DNA from: an uncultured Bacilli bacterium
GTDB lineage: Bacteria; Bacillota_I; Bacilli_A; RF39; UBA660
DNA length: 57,573 nucleotides
Direction: 5' to 3'
Assembly: GCA_944331955.1 (NCBI GenBank)
Contig: CALVIY010000005.1
Coordinates: 1-57,573, forward strand
In this document: in pieces, positions 30,670 to 42,138 of the stretch
Numbering within the stretch: the first letter of the stretch is position 1
Layout of the letters: every line of letters begins with the position of its first letter
Notes under the pieces: model-generated
Database searches by the model: none
Seen by the model: only the letters and a program-made list of their open reading frames with translations
What the model was told of the DNA's origin: nothing
Position numbers and translations under genes: made by a program

Positions 30670-32661
30670 TTATCCAACTAATTTTTTGGTTATTATTTTT
30701 TCTTCTTGATTAATTCCTTGTAAATATTTATCTATATTAAAATCTAAGCAGACAATATCATCTTCAAGTATTACTTTAAAGTTTTTATCAGAAATTCCTT
30801 CTTCTTCTAAAGCTAAAATACTTCTTTTGCCAGATCCAGTCAAAGCAAATGATTCTTCATTACTATGAATTCTATATAATAACTTATCTAGTAATTCTTT
30901 AGGCATTTGCTTTTGTAGTCTTTTTTCTATACTAGTTAATATTTTAGCCATATTTTTATTCATTTTATCTGGTTGTATTTCTATATGTGCAATAGGAATT
31001 TCTGTTCCATATTCTGACATAACATTAACAACTTCACAAGATAAAATGTTTTTAGTATCCTTTTGAATATTTTCAGAAATTACATATGGAGCTACTTTAG
31101 TCCCATCACTTAAATGAAATTCACTACCCATTCTACCATGCATAATGATATTGCCTTTCTTTGTAATATGAGCCCAAGCTTTACAATCACCATACTTTTT
31201 ACCATAGGCATCATGTATAAAAAAGGCATTAGTAGCTTCTTCATTATTATTATATTTTTTCATAGTGGTAGGTCCAATTGCTGCTAAATGTCCTATTCTA
31301 CCATCAGTGATATGATTGCCGAATTCATCTAAAATAACTTGTTCAACACATTTAAATGGTGTAAGTCCATAAGTTTCTTTAGAAAGTGATGCTTTTTGTC
31401 TTAAGTTATGGAATAACGTAAAATATATACCTCCATGTTCACAATCTCCTCCCCCTAACGAAAGTGTTACTGGAGAAAGTGGGAATGGAACTCTTTTAGT
31501 CCCTGCTTTTACATTTCTTAACCATTTATTAATAAGTTTTTCTTCTCCTTTGCTAGTTGGTTCTCCTACTGCTATAACTATATATGAGTTTTCTAATTTC
31601 TTGCCCGGAAATTCTTTTTCAAAAGTTTTAGCTGAATGTAATAAGAAACTTGTTGTTGCTGGAATAGCATTTGGTTCGTTAATTACTAGTGATCTGTTAT
31701 GAAATTTTACATTATATATAGGTTCCATAGCGGCACTACAGCCTTGTGATAAAGGATCAGATATACTTGTTATAACATCTGTATTTGAATATGTTGGAAT
31801 ATGTGCTAACATTCTAACATCTTTCATAGGTGGTAAACCTGATAAATCTGAATCATGGAATCTTGCCATTGTTATTAAACTACGATGAGGATGAACAATT
31901 TGTTTAGGCAGACCTTTCTTAGTAGAGCCACTCGTAAATGTTATTAAAAACTCATCATCTAAATGAACTTCTTCTATAATTGTTCCTTTATAATCTTTTC
32001 CATAATTTTCAAAATCTGCAAAAGTGAAGATATTTGCATCTTCTTTCTTAAATTCATTAGCTTTATTAGAAAAATCTTTAAATTCTTTATCTAAATCATA
32101 ATATGGATCTACTCCGTTAGGAAGAGAGTCTGCTAATGATGCTACTATCTTATGTTCAAAATCTACTTCTTTAACTATATCTTTTATTTTTTCATAATTA
32201 TCGTCTGTAATAATTATAGCTTTCTTCGAACAGTCATTAAGCATTTTTTTTAAATATTCCTTATCAAAACTTGCGCCAAATATCATTGCTTTAGCACCTA
32301 TCTTACTAGCAGCCATTATAGTATAGACAAACTCAGGAGTATTAGACATACAAATTGGTATTGTATCTCCCTTTTTTATTCCCATCTTTTTTAATGATTT
32401 TGCAACATTATCTCGCTTAGAAAACATTTCTTTAAATGTTATAGTATTACCACGATAATATAAAGCTTCCTTATTAAAATTATCAAGATTTCGATATTCA
32501 ATATCTTGATCCCAAGAATAGTTTCTATATTTGTCTATCTCTTCTAAAGCTTTATTTACTTTTCTATTAGTTTCTATAATTTTCTTACTTTTTTTTCTAT
32601 TTATGCTAAACTTCTTAGTAGCAAAATCTAGTAATTTTTCAACATTATATTTTATATTCAT
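30670..32661 (-). CDS. AMP-binding (ANL superfamily) enzyme, divergent
   Basis: FTSGST...PK A3 motif; GP..M..Y.NN..AT; SGK near C-terminus. Confidence 0.75.
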   Translation of the reverse strand: MNIKYNVEKLLDFATKKFSINRKKSKKIIETNRKVNKALEEIDKYRNYSWDQDIEYRNLDNFNKEALYYRGNTITFKEMFSKRDNVAKSLKKMGIKKGDTIPICMSNTPEFVYTIMAASKIGAKAMIFGASFDKEYLKKMLNDCSKKAIIITDDNYEKIKDIVKEVDFEHKIVASLADSLPNGVDPYYDLDKEFKDFSNKANEFKKEDANIFTFADFENYGKDYKGTIIEEVHLDDEFLITFTSGSTKKGLPKQIVHPHRSLITMARFHDSDLSGLPPMKDVRMLAHIPTYSNTDVITSISDPLSQGCSAAMEPIYNVKFHNRSLVINEPNAIPATTSFLLHSAKTFEKEFPGKKLENSYIVIAVGEPTSKGEEKLINKWLRNVKAGTKRVPFPLSPVTLSLGGGDCEHGGIYFTLFHNLRQKASLSKETYGLTPFKCVEQVILDEFGNHITDGRIGHLAAIGPTTMKKYNNNEEATNAFFIHDAYGKKYGDCKAWAHITKKGNIIMHGRMGSEFHLSDGTKVAPYVISENIQKDTKNILSCEVVNVMSEYGTEIPIAHIEIQPDKMNKNMAKILTSIEKRLQKQMPKELLDKLLYRIHSNEESFALTGSGKRSILALEEEGISDKNFKVILEDDIVCLDFNIDKYLQGINQEEKIITKKLVG

Positions 32662-32671
32662 AATTTTCTCC

Positions 32672-32857
32672 TTATTTTTTCTCTATCTCATTATAAGTAT
32701 AAGACTTAACTTCATCTTCTACTTCTACTTGATAAAGATTACCTATTCTCATTACTACTACCCCTATTATTCCTTTATCTTTTATTACTACTTCACTACC
32801 TATTTCTATCTCATCATCGTTATCATCAAACGTTGTATTCTTAACAAATAACCCCAT
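32672..32857 (-). CDS. small hypothetical KOW/SH3-like protein
   Basis: 61-aa ORF; TTGACA-16-TATAAT promoter at 32887-32914. Confidence 0.55.
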   Translation of the reverse strand: MGLFVKNTTFDDNDDEIEIGSEVVIKDKGIIGVVVMRIGNLYQVEVEDEVKSYTYNEIEKK

Positions 32858-32988
32858 ATATCACCATTTTCTTCCTTTCTGGTTTTATTATATCTTATAA
32901 TAAAATTTTGTCAAACCAAAATTTATTTTTTGCTTTTTCTTAATATCTATGGTAAAATTTAACCATTAGTATTAACTTAAAATTAAAA

Positions 32989-33483
32989 ATGCAGGTGATA
33001 TTTATGAATGAAATTATTGAACTATTAAATAATAAAAATATAGAATACAATTTAATAAATCATGAAGAAGTGCATACAATAAATGATATGGAAAAACTAG
33101 GACTATTAGATAAGGGATATGTTTGCAAAAATTTATTTTTAAGAAATGCAAATGGTAAGATTCATTATGCCCTATCTTGTGGCCACGAAAAAAATATAGA
33201 TATTAAAAGTTTAGCCAATAAAATTGGTAGTACTAGACTTAGTTTTGCTAGTGATGAGAGATTAAAGAAATATCTTGGCTTAGAACCAGGGTATGTTTCT
33301 CCCTTCGGGGTAGTTAATAATAAAGATAAAAATGTAATTTTCGTTTTTGATAAAGAATTAATCGGAAAAAAGAATGTAGGATTTCACCCTAACACTAATA
33401 AAGCTACTGTGTTTTTAGATTTTGATGAAGTTGTAAAAATTATTAAAGAACATGGTAATGAAATAATGTATATTAATATATAA
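32989..33483 (+). CDS. proX: prolyl-tRNA editing protein (ProXp-ala/YbaK family)
   Basis: KNLFL, RLSFAS, PG.VSPF, FHPN.N; upstream of proS. Confidence 0.9.
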   Translation: MQVIFMNEIIELLNNKNIEYNLINHEEVHTINDMEKLGLLDKGYVCKNLFLRNANGKIHYALSCGHEKNIDIKSLANKIGSTRLSFASDERLKKYLGLEPGYVSPFGVVNNKDKNVIFVFDKELIGKKNVGFHPNTNKATVFLDFDEVVKIIKEHGNEIMYINI

Positions 33484-33497
33484 AGGAGAGAAATAAA

Positions 33498-34937
33498 ATG
33501 AGTAAAGATAAAAAATTAGTTGAAAAAATAACGGCAAGGGATACTGACTTTGCTAAATGGTATACAGATGTAGTAAAAGAAGCAAAATTATGTGATTATT
33601 CTAGTGTCAAAGGATTTTTAATTTATCAGCCTAATGGTTATGCTATTTGGGAAAATATTAAAAATAATTTGGACAAAAGATTTAAAGAAACTGGAGTTGT
33701 CAATGTTTATTTACCAGTTTTAATACCTGAAAATTTGCTACAAAAAGAAAAAGATCACGTTGAAGGTTTTGCACCAGAAGTTGCATGGGTTACAAAAGGA
33801 GGTAATGAACCTTTAGAAGAAAGACTTTGCGTTCGCCCTACTTCAGAAGTATTGTTCTGTGATTTATGGAATAAAGAAGTAAAATCATATCGTGATTTAC
33901 CTAAATTATATAACCAATGGAACTCTGTTTTAAGATGGGAAAAAACAACAAGACCATTCCTTCGTAGTAGAGAATTTTTATGGCAAGAAGGTCATACTAT
34001 TCATGCCTCTCGTGAAGAAGCAATGGAAAGAACTAGAATGATGTTAAAAATTTATTATGATTTTGTTACTGAAGATTTAGCAATTCCTTTAATTCAAGGT
34101 AGAAAAACAGAAAGTGAAAAGTTTGCAGGTGCTGAAGAAACTTATACAATAGAAGCGATGATGCATGATGGTAGAGCTTTACAATCTGGTACTAGTCACT
34201 TCTTTGGAACTGGTTTTGCAGAAGCTTTTGATATTAAATTCTTAAATAAAAATAATGAACTTGAAGTAGTTAATCAAACATCATGGGGCTTATCTACAAG
34301 AATAATTGGTGCTATTATTATGGTACATGGTGATGATAGTGGTTTAGTTCTACCTCCAAGAATTGCACCTACTCAAGTTAGGATTATACCAATTAATGAA
34401 ACTAAAGAAGGTGTACTTGAGAAAGCTAATAAATTATTAGAGGAGTTAAAGAAAGAAGATATTAGAACTGATATAGATTTATCTTTAAAAACTCCAGGAT
34501 ATAAATTTAGTGAAGCTGAAATATTAGGTATACCACTTCGTATTGAAATTGGTCCAAAAGACTTAGAAAAAGGTACTGTTACTATTGTAAGACGTGATAA
34601 CAGGGAAAAATATGAAGTTAAGTTAGATGAAGTAACTTCTAAAGTTAAAGAAATTATGGAAGTAATGCAAAAAGATATGTATAATAGAGCTAAAGAATTC
34701 TTAGATAGTCATATTTATACTGCTACTACTTTAGATGAAATGAAAGAAAAACTTGAAAATAATAAAGGATTTATAAAAGCTATGTGGTGTGGTAGTGAAG
34801 AATGTGAAGAGAAAATTAAAGATATAACTGGTGCAGGTTCTAGATGTATACCATTTAATGAAGAACATATAAGTGATAAATGTATATGCTGTGGTAAAGA
34901 AGCTAAAGATATGGTTATCTGGGGTAAATCTTATTAG
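33498..34937 (+). CDS. proS: proline--tRNA ligase, archaeal/eukaryotic-like type without INS editing domain
   Basis: HVEGFAPE, RPTSE, EFLWQEGHT, C-terminal zinc site ending in Y. Confidence 0.97.
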   Translation: MSKDKKLVEKITARDTDFAKWYTDVVKEAKLCDYSSVKGFLIYQPNGYAIWENIKNNLDKRFKETGVVNVYLPVLIPENLLQKEKDHVEGFAPEVAWVTKGGNEPLEERLCVRPTSEVLFCDLWNKEVKSYRDLPKLYNQWNSVLRWEKTTRPFLRSREFLWQEGHTIHASREEAMERTRMMLKIYYDFVTEDLAIPLIQGRKTESEKFAGAEETYTIEAMMHDGRALQSGTSHFFGTGFAEAFDIKFLNKNNELEVVNQTSWGLSTRIIGAIIMVHGDDSGLVLPPRIAPTQVRIIPINETKEGVLEKANKLLEELKKEDIRTDIDLSLKTPGYKFSEAEILGIPLRIEIGPKDLEKGTVTIVRRDNREKYEVKLDEVTSKVKEIMEVMQKDMYNRAKEFLDSHIYTATTLDEMKEKLENNKGFIKAMWCGSEECEEKIKDITGAGSRCIPFNEEHISDKCICCGKEAKDMVIWGKSY

Positions 34938-34951
34938 TTATAAAAACAATA

Positions 34952-34988
34952 AAAATAGAAGGTACAGTTTTGTACTTTCTATTTTTTT
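34952..34988. terminator. bidirectional terminator
   Basis: AAAATAGAAGGTACA-GTTT-TGTACTTTCTATTTT. Confidence 0.8.
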
Positions 34989-37129
34989 TATTTTACTAAA
35001 GTTTTACCTACTTCTTCTTTTAAAGGAAGAGTCAACTCTCCATCATATAATATTTCTAATTCATGTAAAGGTCTAGTCATACTAACATACAAATTTTTCA
35101 TATCAGTATTATCTTTTGATGAATATTTATCTTCTGAAGCATCTGTTAAAATAACAGCATCAAATTCTAATCCTTTTGATAATTCACTTGATAAAGAACA
35201 AATACCACTATCATAATCAGTATTATCTTCACCAATACTTTTTATATCTAAACCTAGCTTTGCTAAATTATCTGCTATTTCTTTTGCTTCATCAGTATTT
35301 CTACTTATTAAAGCGATAGACTGATAATCTTTTTCTCTTAATAAGTTAACTCTCTCTAATATTCTATTATAGTCATTCTCTTTAATCTTTAGGTATCTTA
35401 CATCTTCCCCATGTCTAATAACAGGAGTAGCAGTCTTAAGACCAATATGAGAAAGAACAAGATTAGCAGAGTTCATAATTTCCATTGTTGTTCTATAACT
35501 TTTTAATAAGTATTCCAACTTACAATCATTATCAAAGCTCTGACTTATTACATCGCTCCAATTATCAATACTACGATAATCATAAATAGACTGTGCTAAA
35601 TCTCCAAAAATACTAAAACTACTAGATGATAATACTTGTTTCAAAGCATAGAAATTAAAAATTCCATAGTCCTGAGCTTCATCTATTACAGTTTGTCTAT
35701 AATCTTTATAATCGCCACTACCATGAAGGCAATAATGTAAATATACCAAACCAGGTAAATCTTCAAAAGTAAAGGTACTTTTTTCTTTTGGTTCATTATC
35801 TTTAATTTCTTTTACATCATTATTTTCATGATACCTTTCTATAGATTTAATCATATCACCATATAAGGCTGTTGTTTTCTTACTTCTAAAAGTGAAATAT
35901 TTTCTTAAACTAGAAGAAAGTCCACTACTTTCTAATTCTTTTTTTATTTGGGCATAAGTTTTACTTATAGTAGCCTTTGTTTTACTATCTTTAGCATTAT
36001 CTAATAATTCATTACATTGTGCCATTAACATTTTTATCATCTTATCTTGATTATTTTTTAAATAAGTACTAGCCATTAAAATAGTTCTTTCTATTTTTGA
36101 TTCTATATCTGTTATATATCTATCATCAATATCTTCATAAATTTTTCTAATTTCTTCTTTTGGTAAAATATTAAAATCTTTTATATAAAAATCTTTAAGA
36201 GGTAGTACTTTATCTTTTTCTAAATAATCAATATACTCATCAATAACTGTTTTATAATCTAAAGACATTTTAAATTTATTAGCATTAAATGTGGTTTTAC
36301 TAATTTTTTCTTTAACAAGCGAAAAGTCTTCTCCTAAATAATCTTTAGTAAATTCTTCATAAGTAAGCTGTGGTACGTCTGTTACATCTAAATCTGGCAA
36401 AACAGAAGATATATATTTAATAAAAAACTTATTAGGTCCTATTATCATATATTGATTAGATTTAATTTTATTACGATAGTTATAGGCAAGATAAGCAATT
36501 CTATGTAGGGCAACTGTTGTTTTACCAGAACCTGCTACACCTTGGACTATTATATTATCAGTCAAATCTTTTCTAATAACTTCATTTTGTTCACTTTGAA
36601 TAGAACTAACTATATTTTTTAATCTATTATCTGCATTAACACTTAAATATGGTCTTAAAATCTCATCATTAGCGACAGTATCTACATCATTAAAAGAAAT
36701 TAACTTACCACTTTCAATATCATATTGTCTTTTTAGACTAAGAGTACCATTTATAATACCTTCTGGTGCTTTATATGAAGTCTTACCTAAATTACTATCA
36801 TAATATAAAGATGCAATAGGCGCACGCCAATCAACTGTTACAATATTTTGATCAAAATCAGTAACACCAACTTTACCAATATAGCACATACTCTCAAATT
36901 CTTTTTCATCTTTAAAGTCTATTCTAGCAAAGTATGGTTTCTTTAATCCTTCAGTTAGTATTCTTTCTTTATTTTCATACTGTCTAAGTAAAGCATCTAA
37001 AACTTCAGGATTATGTTGATATTTACTTGGAAGTGATCTTATTACTAGCTTTAAATCTTCTAATACTTCTTTATATTGTTCTAATATTTCTTCTAATTTT
37101 CTTTCTTCAAAAGCTTCATCATAAATCAT
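34988..37129 (-). CDS. HelD-like SF1 helicase/RNA polymerase recycling factor
   Basis: PYFARIDF, DWRAP, QGVAGSGKT..ALHR.AYL, DEAQD, KGLEFD. Confidence 0.88.
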   Translation of the reverse strand: MIYDEAFEERKLEEILEQYKEVLEDLKLVIRSLPSKYQHNPEVLDALLRQYENKERILTEGLKKPYFARIDFKDEKEFESMCYIGKVGVTDFDQNIVTVDWRAPIASLYYDSNLGKTSYKAPEGIINGTLSLKRQYDIESGKLISFNDVDTVANDEILRPYLSVNADNRLKNIVSSIQSEQNEVIRKDLTDNIIVQGVAGSGKTTVALHRIAYLAYNYRNKIKSNQYMIIGPNKFFIKYISSVLPDLDVTDVPQLTYEEFTKDYLGEDFSLVKEKISKTTFNANKFKMSLDYKTVIDEYIDYLEKDKVLPLKDFYIKDFNILPKEEIRKIYEDIDDRYITDIESKIERTILMASTYLKNNQDKMIKMLMAQCNELLDNAKDSKTKATISKTYAQIKKELESSGLSSSLRKYFTFRSKKTTALYGDMIKSIERYHENNDVKEIKDNEPKEKSTFTFEDLPGLVYLHYCLHGSGDYKDYRQTVIDEAQDYGIFNFYALKQVLSSSSFSIFGDLAQSIYDYRSIDNWSDVISQSFDNDCKLEYLLKSYRTTMEIMNSANLVLSHIGLKTATPVIRHGEDVRYLKIKENDYNRILERVNLLREKDYQSIALISRNTDEAKEIADNLAKLGLDIKSIGEDNTDYDSGICSLSSELSKGLEFDAVILTDASEDKYSSKDNTDMKNLYVSMTRPLHELEILYDGELTLPLKEEVGKTLVK

Positions 37130-37193
37130 AATACTACCTCCTCGTATAAATCGATATTAAGAATATCATAATTTCAAATAAAAGTAAATTATA

Positions 37194-38813
37194 TTAATCA
37201 TCCAAATGCTCAAAATCAGCATTATTTATAAGTGAATAATGAAATATCTTTCTATAATATGAAGAAGAATTTTCTTCAAAATATCCATTATTTATAATTT
37301 CATAATCACTATAATTATCAAATGATTGTAACTTATTACAGTTTAAAAAACTAGCATTTATATTCTCTAAATAATTATTCCCAAGTGGCTTATTAGAAAT
37401 GGCTAAATAATGAAGTTCTGCAATATTAGTGTTACAATATTTTTCTAAATATTTGCTTATTAAGAATGAAGAAGCTTGGAACCTAGGATTCAATTCCATA
37501 AAATAAATATTCCCTTCTTTATCCAAAATAAAATCTATACCTAATACTCCTCTATACCCCATTTCTTTTACTCTATTAGAAATATCTACCGAATATTTTT
37601 TCAAAGAATTTATAGTTTTTTTATTTAATGTATTTGGATTTATAAAATCAGCACCTACATATTTATATTTTTTATCTATTAAAGAAATAAGTTGAGCTGA
37701 TATTGGTAAATATACTATCTCATAATCACTAATAACAACAGTCATATTTAAAGGAATGTGCTTAATATATTTAGAAACACAATATTTTAGAGCTTTATCA
37801 TTTATTTTACTGATATCACTTTCTGATTTAATGTGATATGTATTATCCCCACCAGCGCCTATATTTCCTTGTACTACAAACTCATCACAACATAGCATTT
37901 CCTTTAAATTACTATAATTTAATTGTTTTTTATCTAACCATATATAGTCTAATATCGGAACTATATCTTTTACTAGTCTTCTTGTTTCAAACTTATTATT
38001 TAAATTAAATTTTATTTTAGAATTTACATCATTTAATATATTTATATCTCGCATATCTTTACACAACTCAATAATTTTTTCATTAAAACATAAAAAATAT
38101 GACTTACTATTTTTAGACTGTATATCTTTAGCAGTCTTAAATATATATTCTTTATAACTTTCCATAAATTTTTTACTACTTCTATCTTCTAATCTTTTAC
38201 TACTATAAAAATGATTACCTTTCTCTCTGTTTGGATAAAGTGTTATAGAACCATCAAAAAAATTCTCATTACATATAGCATTATTAGCATTAAATCCTAT
38301 ATAATAGTACTGTTTTTTTTCTACAATATTAAGTACTCTTTCAAACATAGCATTTGCCTCAAATTTTCCCTGATTAAGTAAATTTCTTATCTCTTCTATA
38401 CTAGACCATGCATAATCACAAACTTCTTCTTCTTGAATTTTTATTTCTTCTAAACTAACATCACTTTCAAATAGCCAAATATCTAGTATATCAGGGCAAC
38501 CTTTATAATATCTCCTTGTACTACCAATTAATATTCCTTTAGATAAATCCACTTCTATTCCTAGCTCTTCTTTTATTTCTCTAATTGCTGCTTCCTTAGA
38601 TGTTTCTCCTGCCAAAGCAGAACCTCCAGTACATTCCCACATTAGAGGATGACTCTTATTTTCTGACCTTTGAGTAATTAAAAATTCATTATTTTTATTT
38701 TTTATCCAGGCATTTATTACTAAATGGTACTCGTTATCACATAATGTCTCTCCTCTAGTTACTTTCTTTGAAAGTATTTTTCTATCTTTATCATATAAAT
38801 CCCAACATTCCAT
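37194..38813 (-). CDS. NUDIX hydrolase fused to ATP-grasp domain
   Basis: GG...GE....AA.RE..EELG Nudix box; G.GG..T, G.DF, E.NPRFQ.S. Confidence 0.8.
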   Translation of the reverse strand: MECWDLYDKDRKILSKKVTRGETLCDNEYHLVINAWIKNKNNEFLITQRSENKSHPLMWECTGGSALAGETSKEAAIREIKEELGIEVDLSKGILIGSTRRYYKGCPDILDIWLFESDVSLEEIKIQEEEVCDYAWSSIEEIRNLLNQGKFEANAMFERVLNIVEKKQYYYIGFNANNAICNENFFDGSITLYPNREKGNHFYSSKRLEDRSSKKFMESYKEYIFKTAKDIQSKNSKSYFLCFNEKIIELCKDMRDINILNDVNSKIKFNLNNKFETRRLVKDIVPILDYIWLDKKQLNYSNLKEMLCCDEFVVQGNIGAGGDNTYHIKSESDISKINDKALKYCVSKYIKHIPLNMTVVISDYEIVYLPISAQLISLIDKKYKYVGADFINPNTLNKKTINSLKKYSVDISNRVKEMGYRGVLGIDFILDKEGNIYFMELNPRFQASSFLISKYLEKYCNTNIAELHYLAISNKPLGNNYLENINASFLNCNKLQSFDNYSDYEIINNGYFEENSSSYYRKIFHYSLINNADFEHLDD

Positions 38814-38833
38814 AATTTATCACTTCCATTTCA

Positions 38834-39460
38834 TTAAATTTTTAACTTTAGTTTTTTACAAACTTCTTGATAAGTTTCTTCAATATTTTTAATATCAGTA
38901 TAAACAGTAATATCAGTATAAAGTTGTAACTCATTAATGTAATCACTTGAATCTTTTAAAGCCCATTTTATTCTGCTATTAATATCTTCAATAGTATGTT
39001 CTCTCTCAGAATTACCAACTAGCCTTTTCCTCATATTTTTCTCAATTTCTGTAAAAGTTAAATTGATTATCTTAACATTAAATCCAGCTTTATTCAAATT
39101 TACTAAAGACAAAATATCCTTATATGAAGTAAACAATAAAATTATATCACTTTTTTCAAAAGCTTCCAAACAATCACTTTTTAAAACTCCATAGAAATTT
39201 CCAGTTTCTTTTTTTATTTTTTTTCCATCTCCAGATGAAATTAAAAAAAGGCCCTCATTATACATCTTACTATATTCATCATGTGTTAAATATCTATAAA
39301 ATCCTTGCTCATCATCTTTCCTAGGATGTCTAGTTGTAGTATGTCTAGGTATAACGACACTATTTTTTAAAACTAAGTTATTGGCTAGTGTTGTTTTACC
39401 TGCACCACTTGGTCCCATAACTGCAATAATATCATTCATACAAATCACATCTCTTTTCAA
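38834..39460 (-). CDS. guanylate kinase-like protein
   Basis: GPSGAGKTT, TTR.PR, N.YG. Confidence 0.75.
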   Translation of the reverse strand: MKRDVICMNDIIAVMGPSGAGKTTLANNLVLKNSVVIPRHTTTRHPRKDDEQGFYRYLTHDEYSKMYNEGLFLISSGDGKKIKKETGNFYGVLKSDCLEAFEKSDIILLFTSYKDILSLVNLNKAGFNVKIINLTFTEIEKNMRKRLVGNSEREHTIEDINSRIKWALKDSSDYINELQLYTDITVYTDIKNIEETYQEVCKKLKLKI

Positions 39461-41465
39461 AATTTATTAGAATTTTAAGATATTTTTTATAATTGTCTTT
39501 TAATTGTCTTTTGGAAAATAAATTTATTTCTCCCTTTCTATAAAGGTAAAACTTTTCAAGTAATATTTTGCACAGATAAATTTCTACCATTTCATAAAAA
39601 TCATTATCCTTATATTGAGGATGACATTTCTTTATATAATTTCTTATATATAAATATTCTTTAGTTTTAATCCGATTGTTAAATGTATACAATTTAATAA
39701 TAGAAACAGCAAAATCATACAAAAATGAACTTACAGTTGCCTCGTCAAAATCTATAATATATGATTTGCATTTAGATTGCAAGATATTACTTTTAGATAT
39801 ATCTCCGTGATTAAGATATTTTTCATTTAATAAAGCATTGTCTTTTAATCTTTCGAAAACACCAAGAACATAATCTATTTCTTTATTTAATTTTTTTGAA
39901 GTATTATCTTTTTTTAAATAATTATAATATTTTAAACATTTTTCTTTTAACAATGATTTACTTTCTATTTTTCTGTTACAATTTAATAATTTACATATAT
40001 AATTTATATCTATTATATTATTTATTTTGTTGCTTTTTATATATCTAAATACATTATAATTATAACTATTTATTGTTATAATTTTTGAATTAATCGGTGA
40101 TATTATATTAATATCATTTTCAATATATTTTTTATAAAGAGCATTAGAGATAGAAAAATCGTAATTATGCGAATATCTTTTAATAATATAAGTTTCTTTA
40201 GTAGTAGTTATAACTTTATAAACATTATTAGACACTCCTTTTTTCTCCCTTGCAAATTTATTTATCTTGTTTTCTGATGTTATATTATATAATACTTTTT
40301 CTAAAGTTTTTTTAAAATTATAATTATCAATAGCTTTATTATATATTTCTAACATTTTATTGCATATTAGATCACAATTATATAATTCATTTACTCTTTT
40401 AATATTTTTCATATTAACAGGATGTTTAAGTGAGTTATCATACTGTATTATAATTTTCTTTGCTAAATCTTCATATGAGCCAGTATCATAAATTTCATCA
40501 TAATTATTTAACATATCTACCATACCTGAGTTTTTACTTCCTACAATTTCAATACCAGTTGCCATCGCTTCTAAAACTACATATGGAAAATTATCAAACA
40601 ATGATGGAAAAATTGCGACACGAGCTTCATTGAAGTATCTGTTTAAATCTTTGTTTGCAATTTGTCCTAAAAAAGTAATCTTATCACGATACTCTTTTTT
40701 TACTATATCTAAAATTAGTTTTTTAGTAGAAATATTTTTATGATTTCTAACAGTATCTTTACCAATAAAAATAATATTGATATTTGATCTTTCTTTAAAT
40801 ACTAAATTTAAAGCTTTTGCTAAAACTACAACACCTTTTCTTTCTTCTAAACTACCAACGAACAACAAGCTATTTTCTTTTTTTATTTTATTATCATAAT
40901 AAAAATCTACAATATTTGCAGGATTAGGAATAACATTTATAACCTTATTAGATATATTATACTCACTAATTATCATTTCCTTTAATATAGAAGAGCATGA
41001 AGTCAAAACATCAGCTTTTTTTAGCATTTGATTTTCCCATTTAAGCATTTGATTTTTTAGAACACCAAATTCATTATTATTATATTTTAACCATATTTTT
41101 AAAGGTGTGTGTAAACGAACAACTAAAGGAACTTTTCTATATTTTTCAAAATAAACAGTACTGGCACTCCAATCAGGTGTTTCAATTATATCTATTTTTT
41201 CTTCACTCTGCATTTGTCTTAAAATGTTACATATTTTTTGACGATATTTTCTAGCACCGTTTTTTGTCTCATAATTATCAACAAAAATTCTTGTTATGTG
41301 AACACCATTAATAATCTCTTCTGAATCTCTCCTTAAAGACCTAGCGATAACATATACAGTATTACCACGAGATGCTAAATATTCAGCCATAATTTTTTGA
41401 TATGTAGCAATACCACCAAAATTAGTTTCATCAGGATATTCTTCATGAACAAAACATATTTTCAT
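39432..41465 (-). CDS. GT4 glycosyltransferase fused to APH/choline-kinase-like phosphotransferase
   Basis: GGIATY, G.LE.RKG, D.FPYV.LEAM; C-terminal HGD....N, IDFD. Confidence 0.8.
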   Translation of the reverse strand: MKICFVHEEYPDETNFGGIATYQKIMAEYLASRGNTVYVIARSLRRDSEEIINGVHITRIFVDNYETKNGARKYRQKICNILRQMQSEEKIDIIETPDWSASTVYFEKYRKVPLVVRLHTPLKIWLKYNNNEFGVLKNQMLKWENQMLKKADVLTSCSSILKEMIISEYNISNKVINVIPNPANIVDFYYDNKIKKENSLLFVGSLEERKGVVVLAKALNLVFKERSNINIIFIGKDTVRNHKNISTKKLILDIVKKEYRDKITFLGQIANKDLNRYFNEARVAIFPSLFDNFPYVVLEAMATGIEIVGSKNSGMVDMLNNYDEIYDTGSYEDLAKKIIIQYDNSLKHPVNMKNIKRVNELYNCDLICNKMLEIYNKAIDNYNFKKTLEKVLYNITSENKINKFAREKKGVSNNVYKVITTTKETYIIKRYSHNYDFSISNALYKKYIENDINIISPINSKIITINSYNYNVFRYIKSNKINNIIDINYICKLLNCNRKIESKSLLKEKCLKYYNYLKKDNTSKKLNKEIDYVLGVFERLKDNALLNEKYLNHGDISKSNILQSKCKSYIIDFDEATVSSFLYDFAVSIIKLYTFNNRIKTKEYLYIRNYIKKCHPQYKDNDFYEMVEIYLCKILLEKFYLYRKGEINLFSKRQLKDNYKKYLKILINFEKRCDLYE

Positions 41466-41509
41466 TTTTTCACCTCTTTTAAAAATTATAATTTTTAAAA
41501 TTTCAATTA

Positions 41510-42052
41510 CTATATTTTTTTCTTAAAAACTGGTTTGCTATCTTCAAATACTACATATCTATTATAAAACTTTTCATAGTATTCTTTAAAGATAAAATAT
41601 CCCGTATCAATACCATTACCGCTTTCTATAATACTTTCAAACTCTTTTATAGAAACCCATTTAACGTCTTGAACTTCATCTTCTTGTAATTTTAAATCTT
41701 TTATATTAATATTAGATTTTAATAAAAACACTTCAACAAAATCATTTATTCGAGCATATGAACCAATAAATCTTAAATCTTCTTTATTTACTTGTATTTC
41801 TAATTCTTCATCTAACTCTCTAATTACCCCTGTAATTGCATCCTCACCTAAAAGAGCACCACCAGATACTGTTTCCCAATAATTAGGGTATTTTTTAGAT
41901 GTAGAAGCTCTTTGTTATATCAAGAGTTCATCATTATCATTAATAATCCATATAAAGCAAGATAGTCTAAATTCTCCTTCTGTTAACTCTTTTCTATCTT
42001 TAGTATAATTTAATTTTTTATGTTTGTCATTGTAAATATCAACAAATTCCAT
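41510..42052 (-). pseudogene. NUDIX hydrolase with in-frame TAA at codon 46
   Basis: MEFVDIY...LLI*QRAS...WETVSGG...GE......IREL.EEL continues in frame into the 73-aa ORF; stop at 41915-41917; AGGAG RBS. Confidence 0.85.
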
Positions 42053-42138
42053 AAGTATAATCTCCTTAATTACTTTTCAACTTTTATATATTATTATCTT
42101 TATTCTACATATAAGTCCAACCATCTAAGAAGATAATA

